A stretch of DNA of 25,376 nt, taken from Octopus sinensis. Taxonomy: Eukaryota. The position numbers and the translations under genes are program-made. The notes below the pieces were generated by a model. The model saw nothing but the letters and a program-made list of their open reading frames with translations. It was not told where the DNA came from and ran no database searches. The stretch covers positions 1 through 25,376 of the forward strand of contig NW_021836094.1 in the NCBI RefSeq assembly GCF_006345805.1, in the 5' to 3' direction. Below are positions 10,965 through 23,587 of the stretch, in pieces (the stretch's first letter is position 1; each line of letters starts with the position of its first letter).

Positions 10965-11130
10965 AGAAGCTTCTACGCAGTTCCTGTCTATCAAATTTAA
11001 CCACAGTTCATTAGTCAGCCTATGGTTAGAGTAGAAGACACATGCTCAAACTGCCGCAGAGTGGGACTGAACTCGTAACCACGTGCTTCTAAACCGAGTT
11101 TTTTAACAATACAGCCATGCCTCACCTATA
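10965..11130 (-). mobile_element. SINE class A, 5' half, diverged
   Basis: Reverse complement ataggtgaggcatggctgtattg...gagttcagtcccactctgcggcag...gtgtcttctactct. Confidence 0.75.
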
Positions 11131-12611
11131 GACACCTGCGCTAATGAGAACAATCTTTTTATTTGTGAAGGAAGAAAGAAAAGAGTTATACATTTTTAAA
11201 TAAATTTAAAGGCTGACATGGTTGATGCCTAGCCTTAAGATATATATGCAGGTGAAATACTGCTAGAAAAAGTGCAACGTGGCAAAATGAAATCTGGTTT
11301 GAAAGTTTGAAAAATACTTCTCTTCTAAAAGAACATAACAACCAAGTACTGGTTGCTTAAAACACCAATATACCAAGATTGTGAATTTGGCCTAAATCTT
11401 TAAGTTAACCTTACCACTGAAGGATTTAGTTAGTGTTAAGATATCCAATATAGAAATAGTGCAAAATCACAGAAATAATTATATAGTGTGGAACAATCAA
11501 CATTTTCAATGACTAGCATTATCTGAATTATTTTAGAAAAATTCCGGCGACAGATTTCCTTCCATCTAAATGAATGTAGAACAAATATTTTGGAATGGTA
11601 AAAATATTCTAAAATACACTCATCTAAATAACAAAAATATTCTAAATATTATAAAGAAACCTGGAGAATCAAATACAGCAGAAGGTCTTACAAGCTTGGA
11701 GAGACTCTAATATTTAATTGCATATAATTATAGACGATATTTTCCAAAACTAGATCTGAAAAACGTCTTATGTTGTAAATTTAAAAAAAAATACCATTCA
11801 ATGACTGTGCGTTCTTGAAAGGAAGTTGGCAAGAAATTTAATGGAGGAAAAAATTGTATAAAAAAGTATTATTGATGAAGTTTCACAAAAATCCGGACGA
11901 TTTATACTACTAATGTTGTAGTTAATCGTAGAAATCGAACAAAATGAACGGTCATTATAAAACTAAAAAAAATTCTATGAAAAGATTTAGATAAGAATTT
12001 TCAGCATTTTGACTATTATTGGAAAGTAGTAGCGACTGTTCATATACAACTAGAAAATTTAGTATTCATAAAGTACAGTTCCTAAGTATATATTTTGTTA
12101 GTTTGTCCAATGCATAAATAATAGCTGAAGCTTGAATGGCAGCTTAGTAAAACAAAGGATGCTCAACAATGTAGAAAATTCGTTATTCATAGGGTTGACA
12201 ACTAAACAATGGATGTTTCTGAGCTTCAGTTCTCATAAATCTGTTTACAACTATGTGAAGACATTTTCACATTTTTCATCCTATTTTTCGGATTGAGTTT
12301 CGCTTGGAAAATCTACGAACAGATATGCAACTATTCTGTTCTCCTTGTTCTGTATATGTACAGTGGACTTTATACCGAAATAGTTCGCTGCGTAACCGCT
12401 GGCCTCACCTCGTTCTCTGTATGTATGTTTTATTTTATATCCTAAGCAACAAATGTACGTATCTAGATCTCTGCATATACAGCATATGTTATATAGAAAT
12501 AGCAATCTATGCAGCTCCTCTACTCATCTTGTTCCGTGCATGTAGAGTGGATTTTAAAACAGAAATAATACTCAACCAGATATGAGAGGAGAATAAAAAT
12601 ATTTCTTAATA

Positions 12612-12786
12612 TAGGTGCAGGGGTGGCTTTGCGGTAGGTAGCTTGCTTACCAACGGAGGTGATACGCAGTGGCACCTTGGGCAAGTGTCTTCTACTATAG
12701 CCTCAGGCCGACCAAAGGATCGTGAGTGGATTTGGTAGAGAGAAACTGAAAAGAAGCTCGTCGGATATATATATATATATGTGTGT

Positions 12787-12818
<32 letters not shown>

Positions 12819-12983
12819 TGTACGTATGTGTTTGTCTTCCCAACCATCACTTGACAACCGATTCGACAAAAGAGACTGATAGAATAAGTACAAGGCTTAC
12901 AAAGAATGTCCTGCAATCGAGTTGTTCGAATAAAGGCGGTGCTCCAGCATGGCCGCAATCAAATGACTGAAAAGGAAAAAAGA
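12612..12983 (+). mobile_element. SINE class A, near full length, with internal (TA)(TG) tract
   Basis: Co-linear with 14324-14740, carrying internal deletions; ends ggcggtgctccagcatggccgcaatcaaatgactgaaa. Confidence 0.9.
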
Positions 12984-13029
12984 TTATCAATCACTAGATC
13001 TTTATGCTGTATAAAAAAAGCAGAGAGCA

Positions 13030-13500
13030 ACATTTCGTCCGTTCTGAGTTCAAATTCCACCGTGGTCAACATTACCTTTTATCCTTTCGGGGTCGATGGA
13101 ATAAAGACCTATTACGCACTGGGGTCGATGCAATCGACTAGCTCCCCCCAAATTTCAGGTTTTGTGCCTATAATAGAAAAGATTATTAATACCTCAGGTA
13201 GCGATCTGGCAGAAACGATAGCACGCCGGGTGAAATGCTTAGCGATATTTCGTCTGCCGTTACGTTCTGAGGTCGACTTTGCCTTTCATCCTTTCGGAGT
13301 CGATTAAATAAGCACCAGTTACGCACTGGAGTAGATGTAATCGACTTAATCCCTTTGTCTGCCCTTGTTTGTTCCCTGTATGTTTAATCCCTTGTGGGCA
13401 ATAAAGAAATAAGAATCGTTAGCACGCCGAGCAAAACGCTTCGTGGTATTTCGTCCATCTTTACGTTCTCAGTTCAAGTTCCGATGCAATCGACTTTGTA
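13030..13500 (+). mobile_element. Cluster of three class B SINE pieces (variant 13030-13170, near complete 13197-13413, partial 13414-13500)
   Basis: Repeated ttctgagttcaaattcc, cctttcggggtcgat and acgcactgg...gat(g)caatcgact motifs; tail cttgtgggcaataaagaaataag. Confidence 0.88.
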
Positions 13501-13764
13501 ACATGGAATTTTAAAAAATATCAAATTTTTCAATCTTTGTTTTAATACAATCTTCCAGAACCTGGAACTGGTTTGTTTACCTCCCTCTACTACCCTACCA
13601 AGAACTCACAACTACCTCGAACACACAAGTGCAAACAAGGGATTCAGAGAAAGGCAGAATGCCACTTAAATCTGAACACTACTATAGAAATATTCTTTTA
13701 AAAAAACTTTTCTTCTAATTTTTCTAAATTTAATTATTTAATCGTTACAGTTGAAAAGGTCTCA

Positions 13765-13847
13765 AAATGACCGAAACCGGTACTGAAATGTTCACTATAA
13801 AATTATTTTAGCATTTTCTATTTTTTACTTGTTTTTTCATATATATA

Positions 13848-13890
<43 letters not shown>

Positions 13891-13966
13891 TATGAAAAAA
13901 CAAGTAAAAATAGAAAATGCTAAAATAATTTTATAGTGAACATTTCAGTACCGGTTTCGGTCATTT
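13765..13966. repeat. Palindrome with ~76-bp arms centred on (TA)n
   Basis: 13765-13841 is the reverse complement of 13891-13966 apart from one homopolymer-length difference. Confidence 0.95.
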
Positions 13967-14031
13967 CGGTCAATTTGAAAAGGTCAAGTGATGGTTGGGA
14001 AGACAAACACATACGTATATATATAATATAT

Positions 14032-14148
14032 ATTGGTCGTCCCGGGGCTATAGCAAAAGACACTTGCCCAAGATGCCACGCAGTGGGACTGAACCCGGAA
14101 CCATGTGGTTGGTTAGCAATCTATTTATCACACAGCCACTCCTGCGCC

Positions 14149-14180
<32 letters not shown>

Positions 14181-14185
14181 ATATA

Positions 14186-14231
<46 letters not shown>

Positions 14232-14247
14232 TATATATAATATATAT

Positions 14248-14279
<32 letters not shown>

Positions 14280-14284
14280 ATATA

Positions 14285-14327
<43 letters not shown>

Positions 14328-14442
14328 CGCAGGAGTGGCTGTGTGGTAAATAGATTGCTAACCAACCACATGGTTCCGGGTTCAGTACCACTGCGTGGCA
14401 TCTTGGGCAAGTGTCTTTTGCTATAGCCCCGGGACGACCAAT
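14032..14442. repeat. Palindrome with 119-bp arms (SINE head) centred on ~175 bp of (TA)n
   Basis: 14032-14150 is the reverse complement of 14324-14442 with two substitutions. Confidence 0.95.
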
Positions 14443-14740
14443 GCCTTGTGAGCGGATTTGTAGACGGAAACTGAAAGAAGCCTGTCGTATATATATGTAT
14501 ATATATATATATATATGTATATGTGTGGTGTGTCTGTGTTTGTGTTTTTGTGTTTGTCTCCCTAGCATTGCTTGACAACCGATGCTGGTGTGTTTACGTC
14601 CCCGTCACTTAGCGGTTCGGCAAAATAGACCGATAGAATAAGTACTGGGCTTACAAAGAATAAGTCCCGCGGTCGATTTTCTCGACTAAAGCCGGTGCTC
14701 CAGCATGGTCGCAGTCAAATGACTGAAACAAGTAAAAGAG
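14324..14740 (+). mobile_element. Full-length tRNA-derived SINE class A
   Basis: A box tggctgtgtggt, B box gggttcagtacc, central gtggcatcttgggcaagtgtc, internal microsatellite, and tail ggtgctccagcatggtcgcagtcaaatgactgaaacaagtaaaaga. Confidence 0.92.
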
Positions 14741-14779
14741 AAAAAAAAAGAGAGATATCTAATCGTTTTGGATTATACA

Positions 14780-14870
14780 CCCGTCAGCTAGATCCACCCA
14801 CAGCGCTTGGGGCATCTCGGAGCTCTAATACGAGATACTTGTTCAAGATGCCACACTGCAACTCTGCAGA
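14780..14870 (-). mobile_element. Diverged SINE class A central fragment
   Basis: Reverse complement gtggcatcttgaacaagtatctcgtattagagc...gctgtgggtggatctagctgacgg. Confidence 0.55.
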
Positions 14871-15078
14871 CGTGTTACCAGGCCACTTACCAATATTGGC
14901 CCACTTAACAATAATTTTCCGAGTTGTTTAATCAGATGTATAATCCGGAGTATGAATTGATAAAGGAAAATTCAGACAGCTTATGTTTGAGTGGACTGAA
15001 TTACTGAAGAGGCCATTGTAAAGGCAACGATTAAATAAAGCACTTCAGACCGAATCTGAAACAAACACAACAGATGCG

Positions 15079-15560
15079 CATACATACATACATACATACA
15101 TACATACATACATACATACATACATACATACATACATACATACATACATACATACATAGGTACGTACGTATGTACGTACATACATACATACATACATACG
15201 TACATACATACATACGTACGTACATACATACATACGTACGTACATACATACATACATACATACATACGTACATTCGTACATACATACGTGCATACATACA
15301 TACGTACATACATACACATAAATATATATTCACACTCATATATATATATATACACACACACGTATACATATACATACACATACATACATATGCATATGTA
15401 TATATATGTATATATATACATAGATACATACATATATGTACACATGCATATATATATATATATATATATATATCATATATATGTATGTATATATATATCT
15501 ATCCTATCATCTATATATATATATATATATATATCTATCTTTATATATATATACGTAGGT
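15079..15560. repeat. (TACA)/(TACG)/(TA) microsatellite
   Basis: Read directly. Confidence 0.97.
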
Positions 15561-16024
15561 ATTGACAAGGCGGTGGGACAGAGAGTGAGAGAGAGGGAGA
15601 TATACGTATACAAATGAAACAGTGCCACAAAGAAATAAATTGAAAAGCAATGAAAGAAAACGAAATTAATTGCAATTTTCAAATAATTAAATAAATAAAT
15701 GATATAACCGATGTCTCCGATCGAAAAGAAAACCGGTTGAGGATAAGGTGGGAAACCGGCAACGGTATCGTAGAAGGGAACAACAACAACATATATATAT
15801 ATTGGAGGATTTCTGTTGTACGAATCAACTAAAATTTAAAGCCTGTAACCAACTCTATCGATCTTTTGTGCCGAACTGCGACGTTACAGACTGCACGTCC
15901 TAAATGTGTAGGACCATCAATGGGTCATCAGTGATGTTTTAGCATTTTAATATTTCGAATATTTTTGTTTATATACAATCATGCTTAAAGAAAGAACGTT
16001 CTGGTAACTTTTATCATTTGGTTG

Positions 16025-16195
16025 TTTTATTCATTGAACCACGACCAGGCTGGAGCACCACCTTGAAGTGTTTTAGTCGAATAAATCAACTGCAGTGCTT
16101 ATTTGTTTTAAAGACAGGCACTTATTCTGCTGATATCTTTGGCTGAACCGCTAAGTTACGGTTATCAGGTGGGGGTATCGGTGACAGACACAAGC
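16025..16195 (-). mobile_element. SINE class A, 3' half
   Basis: Reverse complement cgtaacttagcggttcagccaaaga...gaataagtgcc...ggtggtgctccagcctggtc. Confidence 0.75.
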
Positions 16196-16541
16196 ACAAA
16201 AAATATTTACATACACACATATACACACACACACTCACTTTCTCCTTCGCTCTCTCTCTCTCATATACACACACCCGCTTTCTCCCTCTCTCTCTCTCTC
16301 TCTCATACACACACACACATACATGCACACACACACATATGGATATATAACAAATGATGGAGAAGGAAAATGGACTAAACGAAAATCTTTATGGCTCACA
16401 ACGATCGTTTCGACCCATTTTGTACCATCCCTCGCGAATGAGATAATGTACAACTGGTTGTGATGCATCACTCGGTACAGATGTGTCTCGTCAGGTGATT
16501 TTACAAGAAGAATCTCGTTAAAAGCCCCTGTTTTGCTCTGT

Positions 16542-16601
<60 letters not shown>

Positions 16602-17087
16602 GGGTTAGGGTTAGGGTTACACCCATAACCTCTATCTTACTTTGTACTATATATATATGTATATATATATAAGGTTACAGTAAATCTCATGGAGATCACT
16701 TCTCTATGTTTCTCGACCCAATATTTTATGCAAGTAAATCCCAAATCACGTTGAATGTATATAATTTTGTTACATCAAAACAAACAGTCAATGGGATTCT
16801 GTTGTTCTGGACAGATGTGACAGGAAATCGATGCCATAATAAAGTTGTCAAGATCTCCACTGTCAGTTAAACACATTTGAAATCTGGTGAGTACACTATG
16901 TATGAAAAAAGCGGTAATTTAACTTAATGAGCAGTGCAAAATAATTTTTTTATGTTAAAATGTTAAATTACCATAAGAAACAAAGGGAATATATATATAT
17001 ATATGTAATTATTATTTGAGGGAATATAAATCCAAACTTACAGGGGAAAAATTCAATTTAGAAATACTAAATCAAATTTCACACAAT

Positions 17088-17096
17088 ATATTATAT

Positions 17097-17162
<66 letters not shown>

Positions 17163-17338
17163 TATGTAATTAGAAAAAACCCCACCTTTCATCATCAATC
17201 AAAATGAACAATAAAATTACACCATCTAGAAAATTACATATAATAAAAATAGTAAAATTAAAATAACATAAAATATCAATGATTAAATAAATTGCAAAAA
17301 AATAATAAAAATGTATATAATTGGTATATATATCTATG

Positions 17339-17378
<40 letters not shown>

Positions 17379-17508
17379 ATAATTGCTTCAGCAAGCATCA
17401 ACTATGGAAATATATGGATGTGAGTTTCTTTAATTAGTACAAGGACGAGATAACTTTCATCTACAATAAATGCAGATACACACACACGCGCACACACATA
17501 CATACACA

Positions 17509-17578
<70 letters not shown>

Positions 17579-17980
17579 TGTGTGTGTGTGTATACACAAT
17601 CACAAAAGCACACACACATAGAATTGAGCTGAGAAAATAGACGTTCACTGCATTCATTTCCAGCTGTTTCTCCCTCACCTCACTTACTTTCTATCTTCTG
17701 TTCATAATATACGTTCGTTCGAGCATCGTAGCATTGTATCTCCCGCCATTTTCACAACGACGCTTAGAGTTATACTAACCACAACCAAGCTCGTTCATGT
17801 CACTTAGTTTAATTGGCGGAGAGGCTTACGTGTCACATCTGTTTGATTCCTTGAATCCCTATTAAACATACTCACACACGCACACACACATATGTAATAT
17901 ATATATATATATATGTACATATATTCATATATATATATATATAATTTACATATATATATTCATATATATATATATATATA

Positions 17981-18021
<41 letters not shown>

Positions 18022-18028
18022 TATTATA

Positions 18029-18084
<56 letters not shown>

Positions 18085-18395
18085 CTGTATGTATATGTCA
18101 TTTTTTGTGTAATTTCCGCTGATATTACGATTTCCTTCGCGTGCATGTCCAATAAAAGTGGAAGTCTTACTGAATGATTGCTTCTGTTCTCTCTGGTAAC
18201 AGTCAAGGATCTTTGAAAAACACATTGTAAGGTAATCACCCAGATGACATATATATTAATTTATATTGTATATTATATGTGAAATAAATACACACACATA
18301 TATGCTTTATATATATGTATATATATATATATTATATATATATATTATAATATATATTGTATATATATATATATATATATATTCACTCGTGAATT
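17088..18395. repeat. Several (TA)n and (CA)n tracts separated by short unique sequence
   Basis: Tracts at about 17088-17168, 17478-17610, 17894-18082 and 18290-18385. Confidence 0.9.
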
Positions 18396-18572
18396 CATCA
18401 CACACAACATGGACCAAATTTCTTCTTAAGAAAGAAATATATATAATCAAATAAGTAAAACATAATATCATGAATAGCGATAGCAAAACCGGTCGATATA
18501 TTAAAAATTATATTAAAACTATTTAAGTGTGCGTATTTTCCTTTTTTAGTTTCTTATATATTTATATATATA

Positions 18573-19657
18573 CTAGCAGTATCGCCCGGCGTTGCTCGGG
18601 TTTGTTTCGACCCGCTGGAATTGTAATTTTGAAAAGTAAAAATTTTGTGAACATTTTTCTGGTCGAAATACACCGAAAAGTGGCGACACAGCAGTGAAAA
18701 AATCGTAAAAAATAGGGATTTTCATAGAAAAAAGCATCTTTTTGATGTAAATAATTTTTGGTGTTAACATGGTCCGATTTGAATTTTATGTTCTACGGAG
18801 GAAGAGCAACCCCTTCTTCTACCATACTCTCAATTTTGGTCAACTTCGCGCGCAGGGTCTCGGAGGAGATAGTGTTTTGAAGGTTACCATTCTAGGTGCC
18901 TGAGTAACAACCTCGCGGATTTACAGATAAATGAATTAATTACTATTTTACAGAATAAAATTAAATAATTCTTGAAAATTAATTAATATTAATATTTTTT
19001 GAACAAAGTAAATAATTTTTAAAACTTAAATAATAATTTTTTTACACAAACGCGAACGGGGAAAAGGGGGTGGCGAATTCGATTTACATACCTAAATTTT
19101 TTCTTTTTCATGACATTGTAGCAAAATAGTAGTGAATTATATAAATACCAGCAGTACATTTTTTTTTCTGGGGTACTTTTTTTCAACCTCGTCACATATT
19201 TGCCCCTTTCAATTTAAACAAAGTCTTAATTAATAAATACGGCAGCTTAGCAATGGTTTCAATACAGGCGTGACATCTGTATCTCAATTGTTCAAAACCC
19301 TTCGAATTTTTTCGCACGTGATGATATCATAGTGAAAACTTTCAATTACGCGCGCTTAGAAGTACGCTCGCAAATTAATACTACCAAAATTTTGAAGTTC
19401 GCGCTCCGCTTGTGTGTGTGTGTGCGTGCTTTAGGTGTACGTAGGTATGTGTTTTTGTGTGTGTGTGTCACTGAAGCCATACATACATATATACATACAA
19501 AACCTCTCTCTCTCTTTTCTCTCTCTCAGTCACTCACTACAAAAGTGAATAAAAAAAGTTCAGTTATTTCTGTCTTTCACTCTGTCTGTCTCTTTACACA
19601 CACTAACAAAAGCACTTCACTTACACACCACACTTCTCTGTGTCGCACACCACCCAT

Positions 19658-19688
<31 letters not shown>

Positions 19689-20256
19689 CACACACACACC
19701 ACACCACGCACGCACACATGTACATCAATGCTTTCGGAGTGAAATGTTAAAATATTGAGTTTTCTCGAATTTTGTCTTAATTGGGGGTGAAATTGAAAGA
19801 AATATATTATGGCATGACCGAATGGAGTACTTTGAAAAATCTTAGGTAAACTCTAATTGAAGAAATTGTGTGAGGAGTAAATCGTTATGTATTTATTTGT
19901 TTCTGTTTGCTGTGTTTTTTTAATTTTTTGAGTAGTGGTTTAAATACTTTCAGTTTAGTCTTCCTCAAATCACTCTGTCGCTATTTACTTTCATTTTATT
20001 CGTTGCACACTGTGTGTGTGTGTTGTGCGTGTGGTGTAAACCACATTAAGAAAAGCATTTGACATACCACCAGAATGTGAGTTTTCTGTTAAATTTTGCT
20101 TAATTGGAGTTTAAATTTTAAAAACTGGACCTGGCATGACCCGATGCATTCTACTCTTAAAAATGCTAGGTAAATTGTAATTGAAGAAATCCTATATTGT
20201 AGATTTCTATAAGTTACAAAGGGAGGCAGATAAAATCTGCCTTTTATAATAAGAGA
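18573..20256 (-). mobile_element. Non-autonomous Helitron (~1.68 kb)
   Basis: The 3' end (33 bp with hairpin and CTAG, 18573-18605) is identical to 2734-2766. The 5' end A|TC(TCTTATTATAAAA) at 20256 with hairpin 20224-20242 is homologous to 4179-4488. Both flanks are (TA)-rich. Joining the two ends into one element is an inference. Confidence 0.75.
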
Positions 20257-20719
20257 TATATACATATATATATATTATCTGGGTAATTTGTGACGTATGT
20301 AACACGCTACACATGGCCTTATGACTCAATATGAATAATGCTTCCATAAACAACTGTCAATTTTTGTATGGAAATTCTATAAGGTTTGAAAATATTATAT
20401 GTTAATATTTTCCTATCAAGCTTCGCTATTTTGTTTGGTGGGGGGTATAGGATATTCTGCGTTTCTATTGATCTATGTTTTATATGCATAATGAGTTTAT
20501 GAGAGTTCGTTGTACATGTATGGCCATTATAACAGTTGGGAATGTGAAGTTTGCAAATTTTCACTTTTTCATTCAATATTATAACATTGGGCCCGTATAA
20601 GTTTGCCCTCGAGATTACATTCTTAGACTGCGTCAGTGAGGTATATTGAAAAGATGTGAAAGAAATAGCATAAGTAATACGTCATATACGGTCATACATA
20701 TATGCATTCTCATATTCAG

Positions 20720-20997
20720 TAAAATTATAAGGAAAGATTTTGAGAAAAGAAAAGAATATCCGACGGTAGAGTATGTCAGCTTACTTTTTGCGAAACTGAG
20801 ATGACGTGCGAGATGAGGAATATAAGGTCGATAGTTTTTACGAACTCTTCTAGTTTTTATACGCAAAGAAGAAGGCTTTAATAAATCTTGTAATAATCTT
20901 TGGATAGGAAAACATAGTTCCTTGGTCTTTTTCGTCGGTTTTTCTTTGCACGGATAAACCTAATCTGTTTTTGGCCATATGTGGCTAATAAAGAAAC

Positions 20998-21000
<3 letters not shown>
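20720..21000 (+). mobile_element. Diverged 3' end of a Tx1/L1-like LINE
   Basis: Shares ggtctttttcgt..g.ttttctt..cacggataaa (20924) and tgtggc(t/c)aataaagaaactta-(TCTA)n with 21093-21420. The 5' boundary is uncertain. Confidence 0.5.
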
Positions 21001-21521
<521 letters not shown>

Positions 21522-21605
21522 ATATCCATCTATCTGTCATTTCATTTATCTTTCTCTCTCTTTCTGTCTGTCTCCCCCCTCTCTCTCTCTCTATATATAT
21601 ATTGA

Positions 21606-21644
<39 letters not shown>

Positions 21645-21870
21645 ACAGATATGTATATATATATTTACACACACTCACCGCACACACCGCATACACACAC
21701 GAATAAATAGATAGATTGACTGATAGATAGATAGATAGATACATACATACATACATACATACATACATACATACATACATGGATATATGCATTAAGTTGT
21801 ACAAAAGTTCCAATATCATTCATTGATTGCAAACATAAATGTTATATGTGTAATTATGCAGAAGAATAAG

Positions 21871-22371
21871 GAGAGAGAGAGAGAAAGAGAGAGAGGCAGA
21901 CAGAGAAAGTGAAAGTGAGAGAGAAGCAGACTGACAGAGACAGAGAAAGAGAGAAGAAGAGAGGCAGAGAAAGGGAGAGGAAAGGAGGCAGGCAGAGAAG
22001 AGAAAAAGTGAAGGAGAAAGAAAGACAGTGTGAGAGAGAGAGAGAGAGAAAGATAGAGAGAGAGGCAGACGAGAAAGTGAAAGTGAGAGAGAAGCAGACT
22101 GACAGAGACAGAGAAGAGAGAGAAGAAGAGAGCAGAGAAAGGGAGAGGAAAAGAGGCAGGCAGAGAAAGAGAAAGAGTGAAGGAGAAAGAAAGACAGTGT
22201 GAGAGAGAGAGAGAGAGATAGAAAGAGAGAGAGAGGCAGACGGAGAAAGTGAAAGTGAGAGAGAAGGAGACTGACAGAGACAGAGAAAGAGAGAAGAAGA
22301 GAGGCAGAGAAAGGGAGAGGAAAAGAAGCAGGCAGAGAAAGAGAAAGAGTGAAGGAGAAAGAAAGACAGTG

Positions 22372-22405
<34 letters not shown>

Positions 22406-22542
22406 GCAGACGGAGAAAGTGAAAGTGAGAGAGAAGCAGACTGACAGAGACAGAGAAAGAGAGAAGAAGAGAGGCAGAGAAAGGGAGAGGAAAAGAGGCA
22501 GGCAGAGAAAGAGAAAGAGTGAAGGAGAAAGAAAGACAGTGT

Positions 22543-22573
<31 letters not shown>

Positions 22574-22701
22574 GCAGACGGAGAAAGTGAAAGTGAGAGA
22601 GAAGCAGACTGACAGAGACAGAGAAAGAGAGAAGAAGAGAGGCAGAGAAAGGGAGAGGAAAAGAGGCAGGCAGAGAAAGAGAAAGAGTGAAGGAGAAAGA
22701 A

Positions 22702-22736
<35 letters not shown>
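21871..22736. repeat. Purine-rich minisatellite, 5 units of ~169 bp
   Basis: Anchor gaggcagac recurs at 21893, 22062, 22233, 22403 and 22571; explains ORFs 21816..22996. Confidence 0.95.
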
Positions 22737-22984
22737 CGTAAAAGAAGCGATAAGGAGAAAATGGATAACGAAAATAAGGATAAGATAGAGCAAAAGAATA
22801 AAACTAAAGGAGAAGGAGAGAAAGAAGGGAAAGAGAGAGGAACAGAATAAAAGTGAGAGAGAAAATAGAGAATGAAGCGAAAAAAGAATGAATGTGGTGA
22901 GCGAAAACGAAGAAGAAGAGGAGCAGGAAGTGGATCACAAGGAAGAAAAGAAAGGAAAGATAAAGTTTTCTTTTCTACTCTACG

Positions 22985-23128
22985 AACAAGGCCCAAAATT
23001 TTGGAGAAGGGGCCAGTCGACTAGATCTACCCCAGTACGCAACTGGTACATAATTTATCGATCCCGAAAGGATGAAAGGCAAAGTCTACCTCGGCGGAAT
23101 TTGAACTTAGAACGTACCGGCAGACGTA
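22985..23128 (-). mobile_element. SINE class B variant, body and tail
   Basis: ccccagtacgcaactggtacataatttatcgatcccgaaaggatgaaaggcaaagtctacctcggcggaatttgaac matches the 373-789 units. Confidence 0.88.
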
Positions 23129-23244
23129 CATGTTTCTATGCGTGTGCAGATGTGAGCGTGTGTGTGTGTGTACGCGCGCGTTTTATTGAGATGGAGTGAA
23201 AAGCAGAAAAAGAGACAGTAGACAGACACACAAAATAAATACAT

Positions 23245-23411
23245 CGATAGATAGATAGATAGATAGATAGATAGAGAAATAGATAGATAATAGATAGCGA
23301 TAGATAGATAGATAGATAGATAGATATAGATAGATAGACAGATAGAGAAATAGGTAGATAGATAGATAGCTATCTATCTATCTATTCAGATAGATAGACA
23401 GACAGACAGAC

Positions 23412-23471
<60 letters not shown>

Positions 23472-23500
23472 TAGATAGACAGACAGATAGATAGATAGAT

Positions 23501-23532
<32 letters not shown>

Positions 23533-23551
23533 GAAATAGATAGATAGAGAA

Positions 23552-23587
<36 letters not shown>

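Noticed and set aside
11560-12150. Resemblance to very large inducible GTPase (GVIN) motifs
   Set aside because: Only vague spacing similarity (ENLVF...WQL) and no P-loop motif visible.
14891-15055. 165-nt minus-strand segment with good acceptor and donor sites
   Set aside because: All three frames contain stops. It could only be a non-coding exon, and nothing in the sequence supports that.
16390-16450. Discoidin (F5/8 type C)-like ISFARDGTKW
   Set aside because: A single short motif, with the other conserved residues not evident; kept only as an unnamed candidate exon.
16780-16890. YWTD-like FWTD peptide with a strong ctg|gtgagt donor
   Set aside because: That frame stops before the donor, and a four-residue match is not significant.
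17168-17330. Possible degraded inverted copy of 16900-17088 across the (TA)n tract
   Set aside because: Only short AT-rich words match, which is indistinguishable from low-complexity background.
21816-22996. 325-aa and 380-aa Leu/Ser/Phe-rich ORFs
   Set aside because: They arise from the pyrimidine strand of the minisatellite, which cannot form stop codons.
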